From Escherichia coli (GTDB taxonomy: Bacteria; Pseudomonadota; Gammaproteobacteria; Enterobacterales; Enterobacteriaceae), in the NCBI RefSeq assembly GCF_003334305.1, contig NZ_QOWS01000003.1: 64,000 bases of DNA; one strand, 5' to 3'. The notes under the pieces are model-generated. The model had not been told where the DNA came from. It worked only from the letters and a program-made list of their open reading frames with translations, and made no database searches. A program made the position numbers and the translations under genes. Shown here one piece after another: positions 1 to 10,810 of this stretch. How positions within the stretch are numbered: position 1 is the first letter of the stretch; the number at the start of each line of letters is the position of its first letter.

Positions 1-18
1 GACGGCGCTGTGTCTGGC

Positions 19-77
<59 letters not shown>

Positions 78-78
78 C

Positions 79-768
79 TTAACCGTTGGTTAATTTTTCA
101 AACTCTTCACACCCGGTATCAAACCCTTCCATACAGCTCAGGTTCAACCAGTGCAGCGCCTTTTGTTTGTTCTTCTCGATAAAACCTTCCTCACCGTTTA
201 AGAACATCATTCCCGCCCAGTACTCGGAATAACCGGTTCGGGAAATTGCAGAGCTGCGTTTGAAATACCAGGTTGCCTTGTCATCGTCGGCCTTAATGCC
301 CACGCCGTTGGCGTAAATCAAACCAAGCAGCATTTGGGCATCGACGGCGGAGTCATTCTCCAGATCTTCCGAGGCGTTTTCTAACAGCGAAATCGCCTTT
401 GGATAATCCGGTTTACCCGCTTGAGTATTTACCAGAATATGCGCCAGCGTTACTTCACCTTCTTTACTGCCCGCTTGCGCCGCTTTCTCTGCAAGAACTT
501 TTGCTTGTGGATAGTCCAGACTGACCGGATTGGTGATTTTGATCTGCGCCAGCAGCGCGCAGGCATCAGCATCACCGCTGTCGGCGGCTTTCTGTGCCCA
601 ATATTCGGCTTTGCTCAAATCGCCGGAGCTAAACCAGCTGTCGGCAAGAAAATATTGTGCGCGTCGGTCCCCGGCCTCTGCTGCCTTTAAATACTGGCTG
701 CCAGGCTCGGAGTCGTTCGCGTGGGCAAAGAATGTCAAAAACAACATCAATGCGATAATTTTTTTCAT
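79..768 (-). CDS. yjcO: Sel1/TPR-like repeat protein with signal peptide
   Basis: 229-aa ORF with hydrophobic N-terminus MKKIIALMLFLTFFAHA and repeated Sel1-type motifs; lies immediately beside fdhF as in E. coli. Confidence 0.85.
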   Translation of the reverse strand: MKKIIALMLFLTFFAHANDSEPGSQYLKAAEAGDRRAQYFLADSWFSSGDLSKAEYWAQKAADSGDADACALLAQIKITNPVSLDYPQAKVLAEKAAQAGSKEGEVTLAHILVNTQAGKPDYPKAISLLENASEDLENDSAVDAQMLLGLIYANGVGIKADDDKATWYFKRSSAISRTGYSEYWAGMMFLNGEEGFIEKNKQKALHWLNLSCMEGFDTGCEEFEKLTNG

Positions 769-820
769 TTTGATAATACGATTGGGTAGGGAGTAACCAG
801 TATAAAGAGTTCGAATGGAT

Positions 821-847
821 AAAAAAACAGCCTCCGAAAGGAGGCTG
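821..847 (-). terminator. intrinsic terminator downstream of fdhF
   Basis: perfect inverted repeat CAGCCTCC-GAAA-GGAGGCTG (828-847) followed on the minus strand by a 7-T run; about 15 nt past the fdhF stop. Confidence 0.65.
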
Positions 848-861
848 TAGAAAGGACTGTA

Positions 862-3009
862 TTACGCCAGTGCCGCTTCGCGCAGGCGAGTTTTCAACTT
901 GTTGTACTCGTCAATCACGTACTGCTCGGCGGCGCGCTGATCGGCGATCGGCTCGACGCGCACGGCGCAGTATTTGTATTCCGGCGTTTTCGTAATCGGG
1001 CTTAAGTTTTCGGTAACCAGCTCGTTACAGGCACCAATCCACCACTGGTAGGTCATGTAAATCGCCCCTTTGTTCGGACGATCGCTGACCTGCGCACGGG
1101 TGATAATTTTGCCTTTACGCGAGTGCACCCAAACCAATGCCTCATCTTCAATACCCAGACGTTTGGCGTCTTCGGTATTGATTTGTGCGTAGCCAGGTTC
1201 ATCAGCCAGCGCCGCCAGTGCCGCACAGTTACCGGTCATCGAACGGCAAGAGTAGTGACCAACTTCACGCACCGTTGACAGTACCATCGGGTACTCGTCG
1301 GTGAGTTTGTCGATTGGCGCTACCCAGTCGCAGGTGAAGAACTGTGCCAGACCGTTCGGGGTATCAAACTTCTCTTTAAACAGATAAGAAGTCCCCTGAT
1401 CGGCATCTGAAGTATCGCGGCAAGGCCACTGAATGAAGCCCAGTTCGCCCATTTTCTCGTAAGTCGCACCGTAGAAATCCGGGCACAGATGACGCAACTC
1501 ATCCCAGATCTCCTGGGTGTTGTTGTAGTGCATCGGATAACCCATACGGGTGGCGATTTCACTGATGATTTGCCAGTCCGTTTTCAGATCCCATTTCGGT
1601 TCAACTGCTTTGAAGAAACGCTGGAAGCCACGGTCAGCCGCAGTAAACACGCCTTCATGCTCGCCCCACGACGTTGACGGCAAAATGACATCCGCCGCCG
1701 ACGCGGTTTTGGTCATAAAGATGTCCTGAACGATAACCAGTTCCAGATCTTCAAAGGCTTTACGTACTGCCGACAGCTCCGCGTCAGTTTGCAGCGGATC
1801 TTCGCCCATAATGTACGCGGCACGCACTTCGCCATGCGCTGCGCGGTGCGGCAGCTCGCTGATGCGATAACCGGTATGAGCAGGCAGGCTTTCCACGCCC
1901 CAGGCTTTGGCGAATTTCTCGCGGTTAGCCGGATCTTTCACGTACTGGTATCCCGGATACGTATCCGGCAGCGCGCCCATATCGCAGGCACCCTGCACGT
2001 TGTTCTGACCACGAACCGGGTTTACACCCGCATGCGGCTTACCGAGGTTACCGGTCAGCATCGCGAGGCTGGTCAGAGAACGCACGGTTTCCACGCCCTG
2101 GTAGAACTGGGTTACACCCATGCCCCACAGGATGGCGGCGCTTTTCGCCTGGGCATACATCCGTGCCGCCTGACGAATCTCACTGGCGCTGACGCCGGTG
2201 ATATCTTCAACCGACTCCGGCGTGTAGCCTTCAACGATTTTACGATACTCTTCAAAGCCTTCTGTACGGGAAGCGACGAACGCTTTGTCGTACAGATTTT
2301 CTTCAATAATGACATGGCCCATCGCATTCAACAGCGCGATGTTCGAGCCGTTTTTCAGTGCAATGTGCATGTCAGCAATGCGCGCGGTTTCAATTTTGCG
2401 CGGATCGCAGACGATAATTTTCGCCCCGTTACGTTTAGCGTTAATTACGTGATTCGCCACGATTGGGTGGGAATCCGCCGGGTTGTACCCGAAAACGAAC
2501 ACTAAATCGGTATTATCAATTTCGTTAATAGCATTGCTCATTGCGCCATTACCGACCGATTGGTGCAGACCTGCAACCGATGGGCCGTGTCAGACACGAG
2601 CGCAGCAGTCAACGTTATTGGTACCAATAACGGCGCGCGCAAATTTTTGCATTACATAGTTGGTTTCGTTACCCGTACCACGCGAGGAGCCGGTCGTCTG
2701 GATGGCATCCGGACCGTACTTCTCTTTGATGGCGCTCAGGCGCTCGGCAACGTAATTCAGTGCCTCATCCCAGGAAACAGGTTCGAGTTTGCCGCCACGC
2801 TGGCGACGGATCATGGGGGTTTTCAGGCGCGGGGTCAGGATCTGGGTATCGTTAATGAAATCCCAGCCATAATAACCCTTCAGACACAGGGTACCCTGGT
2901 TGGTTTTCCCCTGCGCTGCCTCCGCCCGGACGATTTTGCCGTTATCGACGACCAGGTTGATTTTGCAACCTGATGCGCAATAGGGGCAAACCGTGACGAC
3001 TTTTTTCAT
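862..3009 (-). CDS. fdhF: formate dehydrogenase H (715 aa), selenocysteine-containing; in-frame TGA at 2590-2592 decoded as Sec
   Basis: ORF-track segments 2590-3009 and 862-2541 are in the same frame and separated only by one TGA; N-terminal CPYCASGCK Fe-S motif; SECIS hairpin directly 3-prime of the TGA. Confidence 0.95.
2548..2589 (-). other. SECIS selenocysteine-insertion stem-loop inside fdhF
   Basis: mRNA reads UGA-CACGGCCCAUCGGUUGCAGGUCUGCACCAAUCGGUCGGUAAUGGCG, the classical fdhF SECIS. Confidence 0.88.
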
Positions 3010-3060
3010 CGGTCTCGCTCCAGTTAATCAAATCACGCATACGCGCTCTCGACTACAGTA

Positions 3061-3076
3061 TGCATCTTTTATGCCA
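3061..3076 (-). promoter_or_regulatory. sigma54 (-24/-12) promoter of fdhF
   Basis: minus strand reads TGGCAT-AAAAG-ATGCA, matching TGGCAC-N5-TTGCA; about 55 nt upstream of the fdhF start codon. Confidence 0.7.
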
Positions 3077-3178
3077 CATTTTATTTGGGGTCATTCCCTG
3101 ATATTACGGGCACTATTTATTCAAAACTCTGACGAAAAACAGGCTGTCGTCAGTTTTGACGTGACGAAACGAAATACC

Positions 3179-3196
3179 GCGTGACAGCCATCACGC
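3179..3196 (-). terminator. candidate stem-loop after mdtP (weak U tract)
   Basis: inverted repeat GCGTGA-N6-TCACGC 10 nt downstream of the mdtP stop; also falls in the expected fdhF upstream activating region, so the role is tentative. Confidence 0.3.
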
Positions 3197-3206
3197 GGCA
3201 GACATT

Positions 3207-4673
3207 TTATTTTTTCTCGACGACGGGAGCCGCCTGATACCCGCCGCCCAGCGATTTCATCAACTGAATGCTTTGGATCACCCGGCGGCTGTCCAGCATC
3301 AGTAATGACATCTCTTCGGCAAGTACTGGCAACCGGGCTTCAGTGGCCTGTAAGCGGCTGGTTAAGCCGCGCTGATAGGCGGCCTCGGCAGCGCGCTGGG
3401 TGAAGCGCGTTGCTTCCACGCGTTCAGCCTGCATTTCTCGCTCGTCGTTGAGCGTTTGCAGACGCGTGCCGTTGACGGCAACGTCACGCACCGCGTTCAG
3501 TACTGACTGGTTGTAACGTTCAATCATCATGTTGCTGGCGGCGCGCGTGCCTTCGAGATTGGCATTCAACCGTCCACCGTCAAACAGCGGCAATTTCAGA
3601 CCCGGGATGAAGTTGAACTGGCGACTGGTTTTTTTGAATAAGGTATCCAGGTGGATGGCATCAAGGCCGAAAAACGCTTTGATATCAAAGCTCGGGTAGA
3701 ACAGCGCCCGCGCGGAATCCACCTGATCTAATGACGCCTGAACATACCAGCGCATGGCTTGCAGATCCGGGCGTCTGGCGAGCAACTCATAAGAGAGTGT
3801 CGCCGGAATGCCGGTCTGGACTCGTGGTAATGCCACCGGTTTGATCTCCGGCATATCGCTGGCCCCCGCGCCAATCAATGCACGCAGAGATTCTCGCGTT
3901 TCGGTGATTTGCCCTTTGACGGCAGCAATTTGTTTATCGACCGCCAGAATCTGTGCCCGCGCGCCGTGGAAAGGCACTTGTGCTTCCAGACCGTGCGCCA
4001 CTTTACTCTGGTGCGCTTTCACCGCGTAATCAATCACATCGCGAGTTTGTTCTAACAGATCGAGCATCTGATAGCTGGCCTGCATACTGTAATAAAGCTG
4101 CGCTACGCCCGTGGTCAGCGATAGCTCTACTGCTGCGGTTTCTGCCAGCGCGGCATTATGCGCGCCAATGGCGGCGGCAACCGCTGAGCGATGCACACCC
4201 CACAAATCAAGATCCAGTCCGGCAAACAAACCTACTGTGGCTTCCGTATAGTACGGCCCGTCCATACCCAGTGCGGGCGCATCCATCGCATAAGGGCTTA
4301 AAAAGCCGTTCGCCGAGACGCGTTGGCGGTTGAGCATCCCTAACGCTGCGACCTGTAATTGTGAACCGGCATCTAACAAATCGGCCTGGGACTGCGCTTT
4401 TTCTTCCCGCAGTTTCGCTTCGGCGAGGGTGTGTGAACCACTTAGCGTCCGTTGGATCAGCGCATCCAGCTGCGGGTCATTGAGTTGTTTCCACCACTGC
4501 GCCTGCGGCCAGCCGGAGCTGGCAAGATGAATATCGTCGGCCAGTTTGATTTGTTCCGGTTTGAGCTGTTGATGAGGTGCAGAATCCTTACGTACCAGGG
4601 CACAGCCGGAAATCAGCGTCGTGCTGCCGAGAATGCTGCACAACAGCAGACGTGAAAGTTGACGATTGATCAT
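3207..4673 (-). CDS. mdtP: outer-membrane efflux channel lipoprotein (TolC-like OMF) of MdtNOP system
   Basis: 488-aa ORF with lipoprotein-type N-terminus (LISGC lipobox); 4-bp overlap with upstream mdtO. Confidence 0.92.
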   Translation of the reverse strand: MINRQLSRLLLCSILGSTTLISGCALVRKDSAPHQQLKPEQIKLADDIHLASSGWPQAQWWKQLNDPQLDALIQRTLSGSHTLAEAKLREEKAQSQADLLDAGSQLQVAALGMLNRQRVSANGFLSPYAMDAPALGMDGPYYTEATVGLFAGLDLDLWGVHRSAVAAAIGAHNAALAETAAVELSLTTGVAQLYYSMQASYQMLDLLEQTRDVIDYAVKAHQSKVAHGLEAQVPFHGARAQILAVDKQIAAVKGQITETRESLRALIGAGASDMPEIKPVALPRVQTGIPATLSYELLARRPDLQAMRWYVQASLDQVDSARALFYPSFDIKAFFGLDAIHLDTLFKKTSRQFNFIPGLKLPLFDGGRLNANLEGTRAASNMMIERYNQSVLNAVRDVAVNGTRLQTLNDEREMQAERVEATRFTQRAAEAAYQRGLTSRLQATEARLPVLAEEMSLLMLDSRRVIQSIQLMKSLGGGYQAAPVVEKK

Positions 4674-6721
4674 TGCGTGGCTCCTTGTGCCTGTTCCGTG
4701 GCGGGCGTTAATGCCGGGGCTGTCCAGTCTGGCAAGCGGGCGAAAAGCTGGCAGACGTGTTGCTCCTGTTTTAATAAGGTGGGCAGGATGGCCTGCGAGG
4801 CGGGTGTCTCTTCAAGCGTTATTTGAGGAGAACGGCTGAGTGCGGTTGCCAGACCGGCAGCGTATTTCTCCAGGGCGTCGGCAAACTGAGCTGCTCTGTC
4901 CGGCTGTAGTGCGTTATCCAGCGCCTGCGCCGAGTTCCAGGTGGCATCCCAGGCGTGAAGAATATCGCGGCCCTGACGAATAACCGTTTGCGAACGTTCA
5001 ATCAGTAAGGCGCGTTCTTCGCTGTCCAGTTGACGCTCCAGCGCCACGCGTTGGCACATCTCTTCACAGGCATTAAACGCCGCATGCAGACCGATACGAA
5101 TTTGCAGATAAGTGCGCAGAGCCGTGACTTCCTGCTGGCGTGGGATCCGCATTACTTTACTTAACATACCCAGCGTGCCAGCCAGTTTTTGCGGCAGTGT
5201 GCGCGCTTCACTTTCAGGCCAGACAAAGGTGTAAATCACCGCGGACACCACGGTACCAATGATGATACCCATGGCGCGATCGCGAATTTCCACCAGGTCG
5301 TACACCGGGCCAAAAACGTTTTCGAGCGTGGCGAGCGCGAAGGTGACCACCATCTGTGTGCCGATATAAGAAGAGCGTTCAGAGCTGGTGGCAATCCATG
5401 CGCCCAACAGGAAAATCGGTGCCAGCACAAACAGCAATTCGACAATATTGTCCAGCCAGGGCATGACCAGTAGCGTGAATAACAGCGCCAGAATCGCGCC
5501 GCAAAAGGCCCCGCCAAAACGCAGCACCATCTTCTGGTACGACGAACCGACATTTGGGTTAGCGACGATCACGCATGTCAGCATACAGGTGTGAATGCCT
5601 TCCCAGTCCACGCCGCTGTAGAAGGTGTAACAGATCAAACAGGCGAGCAGTGTTTTTACCGCGTAGCGCATATAGTCTGGATTGGTAAAAGCATCGGCGA
5701 CCATTGATGGCGGTTTGGCGGCGGGCGTTGGCGGCGTATTCGGGTCCATCTGGCCCAGTTGTAACAACGTCTGGCAGATATTCTCCAGGTTACATTCCCG
5801 TGCCGCCATCGCTTCACTTTCAGTGATCCGCCAGTCGCTTTGCCAGCACTGACCTTCAGCAACGGCATGCTGCAGCTTATTGATTTCTGAGGCTAATTTT
5901 TGCCGAAATTCAATAATTGCCTGAGAATCAGCAAAAGAGGTGGGATCGTAGCGATTCAGCGTCGAGTAAATGTAGGTTACCGTTGCCACGCAGCTTTGCC
6001 ACCATGCGCTTTGAGTTCGCCAGTTGGCATCGTCCGCGAGACAAAAGACATTCAGTTTTTGCAGCGCCAGCGCCTCTCTTTCAATCCGCGTTTCGGGTAG
6101 CGGTGCGAGGCTGTCCGTCAGGTGACTAATGGCATCATCAAGCCGATCATTAAGCGCTTGATGCATTTGCGTAATGGCACGACTGGGAAACCACAGCACG
6201 CCGATTAACGTCATCAGCAAGGTTGGATAGAGGCCAACAACGATACACCACAGCGTTAAGCGCACGACCACTTCCGGATAGTCGAGCATGGCGGGGAAGG
6301 TTTGCCCGTAAATGGCGACAATGGCGACAGCGAAAAAGACCAGTCCCAGCCGATGGGTGCGCATCAAAAACATACAGCCCATCAGGATCGGCCCGGCGAT
6401 GATCAATCGGATCAACGGTTCGCCGTATGACCATTTGTAGATCAAAAACAGGCTGCCGATCTCCAGCACCGTGGCAACCACAAACAAGATCGCGACAAAT
6501 TTGGTGTAAAACGCGTTCGACTGAATACCGTAAAACAGCACTGCCAGCGATAACGCCACAAAAGGGATCTCAAAAGTCATCGAGATCAGAATCACCAGCA
6601 GGCAGCCTACCCAGAGTTGCACGATCTGCGGCACGCGGCCTGGTCGCCGCTCGCTTAACTCTTCATGAAAGAACGCCAGCAGCCTGACCACCGGTAATGG
6701 CAGGGAGTTGAGCGCGCTCAT
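4670..6721 (-). CDS. mdtO: inner-membrane efflux permease (FUSC/aromatic acid exporter family)
   Basis: 683-aa polytopic membrane ORF; overlaps mdtN stop and mdtP start. Confidence 0.92.
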   Translation of the reverse strand: MSALNSLPLPVVRLLAFFHEELSERRPGRVPQIVQLWVGCLLVILISMTFEIPFVALSLAVLFYGIQSNAFYTKFVAILFVVATVLEIGSLFLIYKWSYGEPLIRLIIAGPILMGCMFLMRTHRLGLVFFAVAIVAIYGQTFPAMLDYPEVVVRLTLWCIVVGLYPTLLMTLIGVLWFPSRAITQMHQALNDRLDDAISHLTDSLAPLPETRIEREALALQKLNVFCLADDANWRTQSAWWQSCVATVTYIYSTLNRYDPTSFADSQAIIEFRQKLASEINKLQHAVAEGQCWQSDWRITESEAMAARECNLENICQTLLQLGQMDPNTPPTPAAKPPSMVADAFTNPDYMRYAVKTLLACLICYTFYSGVDWEGIHTCMLTCVIVANPNVGSSYQKMVLRFGGAFCGAILALLFTLLVMPWLDNIVELLFVLAPIFLLGAWIATSSERSSYIGTQMVVTFALATLENVFGPVYDLVEIRDRAMGIIIGTVVSAVIYTFVWPESEARTLPQKLAGTLGMLSKVMRIPRQQEVTALRTYLQIRIGLHAAFNACEEMCQRVALERQLDSEERALLIERSQTVIRQGRDILHAWDATWNSAQALDNALQPDRAAQFADALEKYAAGLATALSRSPQITLEETPASQAILPTLLKQEQHVCQLFARLPDWTAPALTPATEQAQGATQ

Positions 6722-7752
6722 TATTGCGGCTCAAGATTAGCGACTGCCGAAGCGCCGATGCGGAACATTTCCGGGTCAGGTTTATCGACCATGATTTTGA
6801 CCGGAAAACGCTGGGCAACGCGGACCCAGTTAATAGAGCGAGAAACTTTCGGCAGGCCGCCCAGCACCAGGCCGCCGTCATCCGGTAGCACGCCGTAGCC
6901 AATCGAATCCACTTTACCCTCGAAGGTTTTGCCGCTGTCACTCATCAGGCGAATCGTTGCGGGTGTACCTGAGCGAATATTTTTCAGATCGGTTTCGCGG
7001 AAGTTGGCGATCACGTACCAGTGACGAGTGTCGATTAGGGTAAAAATAGGGCGCATGGCAGAAGCAAATTGCCCGACGGAGGTTTTGAGGGAAATGACCC
7101 GACCATCAAACGGCGCGCGAACGGTCGCCATTTCCAGATGAAGTTTGGTCAGGGCAATATCCGCTTCGACCGCCGCACGTTGCGCCACCAGCGCATCGAC
7201 GCCGCTGACGGCGCTGGCGGCTGACTGCGCCTGTAACAATACGGCATTAAGATCGGCTTCTGCGGCGCGCTGCGCAGTTCTTGCACGGTCAACGTCTTCC
7301 GCTGAGACAAAACCCTCTTTCAGTAATGGCTCGGTGCGGCGTAATGTATCTGTGGCCTGTTTCGCGGCGGCACGGGCTTTTTCTACCGTGGCATTAATCG
7401 AGTCGGCACCAAACTGTTGCGCATCAACGCTACGCTGGGTGAGCATAATTTGCTTATCCAGCGCCGCGAGGGAGGCTTCAGCTTTCGCCAGATTGGCTTC
7501 GAACGGGCGCGGGTCAATGCGGAACAGCAAATCGCCCTGTTTGACTGCCTGGTTGTCGGTGACCGCCAGTTCTACAATGCGGCCGCTGACTTCCGGCACC
7601 ACATCAATGGTATCTGCTGACGCGTAAGCGTCATTAGTTGATGGCGCACTGTCTACGCGCCAGATAACGAAAACAAGGGCAACCAGCGCCAATGCAACCA
7701 CTAACAGAGCAGGGAATTTACTGCGAGGAGCTTTTTTCGGCGTACTTTCCAT
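6721..7752 (-). CDS. mdtN: membrane fusion protein (HlyD-family periplasmic adaptor)
   Basis: 343-aa ORF with single N-terminal TM helix and coiled-coil region; 1-bp overlap with mdtO. Confidence 0.92.
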   Translation of the reverse strand: MESTPKKAPRSKFPALLVVALALVALVFVIWRVDSAPSTNDAYASADTIDVVPEVSGRIVELAVTDNQAVKQGDLLFRIDPRPFEANLAKAEASLAALDKQIMLTQRSVDAQQFGADSINATVEKARAAAKQATDTLRRTEPLLKEGFVSAEDVDRARTAQRAAEADLNAVLLQAQSAASAVSGVDALVAQRAAVEADIALTKLHLEMATVRAPFDGRVISLKTSVGQFASAMRPIFTLIDTRHWYVIANFRETDLKNIRSGTPATIRLMSDSGKTFEGKVDSIGYGVLPDDGGLVLGGLPKVSRSINWVRVAQRFPVKIMVDKPDPEMFRIGASAVANLEPQ

Positions 7753-7770
7753 GAGCGCGTCTCAAATAGA

Positions 7771-8046
7771 TTAGAAAAATGCCAGCCAGAACAGCATGGC
7801 GTAGAGAGCAAAAAGGGCGGTATAAATAATTCCGACAAATGCCAGATTGATATTTGCCCGCTGAATAACTCGCCTCGTGATGAGCATCAAAATAAGGCTG
7901 GCAATGGCGCAGAAAAACCAGCTGGGATAATAAGCACCGATCACCGGGATTGCCGGAGATAATGAGCATCCCGAAACCATGAAGACGGGAATTATCCAGG
8001 CTGTTTTTTTGAGTTGCATCGCCATGCGAGAGAGAACTGTTGGCAT
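7771..8046 (-). CDS. ytcA: small lipoprotein (91 aa)
   Basis: ORF-track 107-aa ORF trimmed to the internal Met giving MPTVLSRMAMQLKK...; lipobox MVSGC followed by hydrophobic helix; first gene of the mdtNOP operon. Confidence 0.75.
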   Translation of the reverse strand: MPTVLSRMAMQLKKTAWIIPVFMVSGCSLSPAIPVIGAYYPSWFFCAIASLILMLITRRVIQRANINLAFVGIIYTALFALYAMLFWLAFF

Positions 8047-8217
8047 ATTAAATACATCCTGTCTGCTGCGAACAATATCTGTAGTGAATGTCAATATCCA
8101 TTGAAGGCGTCAGTATGGCTATTTTCTCGATGAATAAAAATAGCTTTATTCAGCCACCGCATTCATAACTTATATATTTTATTTATTAATTGGCTGTATA
8201 TATTTTTAAAATAAATG

Positions 8218-8245
8218 CTTTTGGGGGCTTCAGCACCCCCAAAAG
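8218..8245 (-). terminator. intrinsic terminator downstream of yjcS
   Basis: inverted repeat CTTTTGGGGG-N8-CCCCCAAAAG ending 10 nt after the yjcS stop, followed by a T-rich stretch on the minus strand. Confidence 0.55.
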
Positions 8246-8254
8246 CGAGTGACA

Positions 8255-10240
8255 TTAATTTGGGGTTACGATATTCACCCACAAATCGAAATTATCCAGA
8301 CAGGCGATAATTTCTTCCAGTTTCGCGCCATTGCCAATAATTTTGGCTTTCTTCGCTTTTACCAGATCCGCCATTTTGGCTTGCCCGGTCAGCACGGCGT
8401 GCAGATCTTCACGGCTGATGTAGAAAGAGGCGTCAGCTTGGGATTGCAGTGTTTTACGGTAGTTAAGCACGCTATCGTTCAGCGTCAGGTTGAGGTTATC
8501 GCCATTGCTCATATTGAAGTTCAGGCTGATATTTTTACCCGCGGCTTTCGCGCTATCGAGGCGAACGGACATAAAGTCGAACAGCATTTCGACCGACATC
8601 CCGCGAATGGTGTCCGGGGAACCGGTGGTGCCGTGGCTGAACTTATGCACCCCTTCGCGCAGCTCTTTCGCGCCGGTCAGGTAGAAACCGCGCCAGGTGG
8701 CGGACTCGGCCTGATAGCCCAGCTGTTCAAAGTTATTCGCTTGCAGATTCTTCGCGACCTGGTCACCCGGGTTGGCGGCAATCACCTGTTTCAGCAGTTC
8801 TGCCGACCAGCGGTAATCACCTTGCTTGTTCGCTTCTTGCGCCAGGTTGATGACACGGGCAGAACCGCCCAGCGCCTGCACGTAACGTTTACCCATCTCC
8901 ACCTGACCATACGGATGCAGGTTAGCCGGGTTACCGTCGTAATAGCCAAGATAGAAGTTATACACCGCGCGGGCGTTGTGGCTGACAGAACCGTAATAGC
9001 CACGGCTGGCCCAGTTATTGGCAAGTGCAGGCGGCAGTTTAATCATGTCGCCGATTTCATTCATGGTGTAGCCCTGGTTCGCCAGGTGCAGGGTCTGGTC
9101 GTGAATGTACTTGATAGTATCGCGATATTTACCAATATAATCATTGATATGCTTATTGCCCCAGACCGGCCAGGTGTGCGGCATAAACAGGACTTCCGCG
9201 TCGTTACCCCACATATCCAGCGTTTCGTTCAGATACTCGGTCCACTTGCTGGTGTCGCGGGTTTTCGCGCCGCGCAGAGTGTAGAAGTTGTGCAGGGTAT
9301 GCGTGGCGTTCTCGGCGGTACACAGGGCTTTCAGGGCCGGAATATAGAAGTGCATTTCGGCTGGCGCTTCGCTACCTGGGGTCATCAGGAAGTCAAACTC
9401 CAGGCCGTCGATAATCATCTTCTCACCGGTTTTGGTGATGGTTTTGTTCGGTGCGATGATGCTCGGGTAGCCCGATGCCAGCGTTACGCCAAGACCATTG
9501 CCGATGTTACCCTGAGGGTTATGCGCCAGCAGCAGGCCGTAGGAGTAAAGTGCACGGCGGCTCATAATATTACCCGCCAGTACGTTTTCGCTGATGGCTT
9601 CGTCCATAAAGCCAGCAGGGGCGATAACCTGCACTTTACCGGATTTCACATCAGCTTCAGAGATAATGCCTTTCACGCCGCCATAGTGGTCGGTATGGCT
9701 GTGGGTATAAATAACCGCAACAATCGGTTTTTGCGGGCGATTTTGGAAGTAAAGGTCAAGGGCGGCTTTTGCGCTCGGTGGCGTCACCAGCGGGTCGATG
9801 ACAATAATCCCGGTATCACCTTCGATAAAGGTGATGTTGGAGATATCCTGACCGCGAACCTGGTACATTCTGTCGGTGACTTTAAACAAGCCGGAAATAC
9901 CGTTTAACTGCGACTGACGCCACAGGCTAGGGTTAACGGTTTCGGGCGCGGGCGCATTGATATCAAATTTATAATCTTCCCCGCGATAATATGGTTTGCC
10001 ATTAGCATCGCGCAGAATACCTTCATCCAGCAGCGGAGCGATAAATCCACGCTGAGCGTCGTCAAAATCCTGACGATCGCTAAACGGTAATGATTTGGCG
10101 TAATTCTGATTAACCTGTTGGGTATATTGAGTGGCGGCTTTCGCTTCATCTGTTGCGTAAGCGGTATTTACCATCATGCCGCTGGCGGCAGTTAACGCAA
10201 TAACAATTCTGCTCAAACGGAATAACCGAGAGTTATTCAT
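8255..10240 (-). CDS. yjcS: alkyl/aryl sulfatase, metallo-beta-lactamase fold, secreted
   Basis: 661-aa ORF from the second ATG (GGAG 6 nt upstream); signal peptide; [10 protein letters not shown] metal-binding motif. Confidence 0.9.
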   Translation of the reverse strand: MNNSRLFRLSRIVIALTAASGMMVNTAYATDEAKAATQYTQQVNQNYAKSLPFSDRQDFDDAQRGFIAPLLDEGILRDANGKPYYRGEDYKFDINAPAPETVNPSLWRQSQLNGISGLFKVTDRMYQVRGQDISNITFIEGDTGIIVIDPLVTPPSAKAALDLYFQNRPQKPIVAVIYTHSHTDHYGGVKGIISEADVKSGKVQVIAPAGFMDEAISENVLAGNIMSRRALYSYGLLLAHNPQGNIGNGLGVTLASGYPSIIAPNKTITKTGEKMIIDGLEFDFLMTPGSEAPAEMHFYIPALKALCTAENATHTLHNFYTLRGAKTRDTSKWTEYLNETLDMWGNDAEVLFMPHTWPVWGNKHINDYIGKYRDTIKYIHDQTLHLANQGYTMNEIGDMIKLPPALANNWASRGYYGSVSHNARAVYNFYLGYYDGNPANLHPYGQVEMGKRYVQALGGSARVINLAQEANKQGDYRWSAELLKQVIAANPGDQVAKNLQANNFEQLGYQAESATWRGFYLTGAKELREGVHKFSHGTTGSPDTIRGMSVEMLFDFMSVRLDSAKAAGKNISLNFNMSNGDNLNLTLNDSVLNYRKTLQSQADASFYISREDLHAVLTGQAKMADLVKAKKAKIIGNGAKLEEIIACLDNFDLWVNIVTPN

Positions 10241-10492
10241 ATAAATCTCCATTTATCATTTATGTCGTAAATATGTAATCCATGCAAAATACGTCATTTA
10301 AAGCTGGGGTTATCATAATTGGGAATTTGCGACTTTAATAAGTGGAAGTGTGAGCGGAACGATCCATTTTATTAGGCATTTGTGCTGAAGGGGGAAAATT
10401 ACGCGAATTTATTATCTCTGTAAATAATATGAGGTGTTTTATATATTTATTATATATATTGTACTTCGGCAAATACTGAGCACAATTTATCA

Positions 10493-10810
10493 ATGCAACC
10501 GGTGTTTCTTTTTAAAAAACGTACCGGAGCAATGGGCGGTCATGTCGCTGGCACCGCAGGATTCTGCGTTGCTGTGCCAGCCTTTTATTCATGGTCAATG
10601 AGTGAGGTGATTGATAAAGACACCAGGTCGTCAGAGCGCACTGATTATCCGCATTATGCCAGTGAAGTTGCACTGGCTTTTGGTTCACGAGTGGTTGGCC
10701 TCGAACTGGCAAAAATGATTGTGGATGCGTGGCTGGGCGCACAGTACGAAGGCGGTCGTCATCAACAACGCGTGGAGGCGATTACGGCAATAGAGCAGCG
10801 GAGAAATTGA
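10493..10810 (+). pseudogene. rpiB: remnant of ribose-5-phosphate isomerase B (rpiB), N-terminally replaced and internally deleted
   Basis: residues from about 10604 onward read EVIDKDTRSSERTDYPHYASEVALA then FGSRVVGLELAKMIVDAWLGAQYEGGRHQQRVEAITAIEQRRN, which I recognise as the N-proximal and C-terminal parts of E. coli RpiB (about 149 aa) with the ICGTGVG catalytic segment missing; sits directly upstream of yjdP as rpiB does in K-12. Confidence 0.55.

Noticed and set aside
2541-2590. fdhF as a pseudogene or two separate genes
   Set aside because: The single in-frame TGA is followed by a canonical SECIS hairpin; this is selenocysteine recoding.
8249-9907. Long antisense ORFs (552 aa opposite yjcS here; also 35829-36836 opposite adiA, 52999-54063 opposite cadA, 15775-16545 opposite phnJ)
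   Set aside because: They lie fully inside well-supported genes on the other strand, have no RBS or recognisable motifs, and show biased low-complexity composition (R, H, G, V rich) typical of antisense frames.
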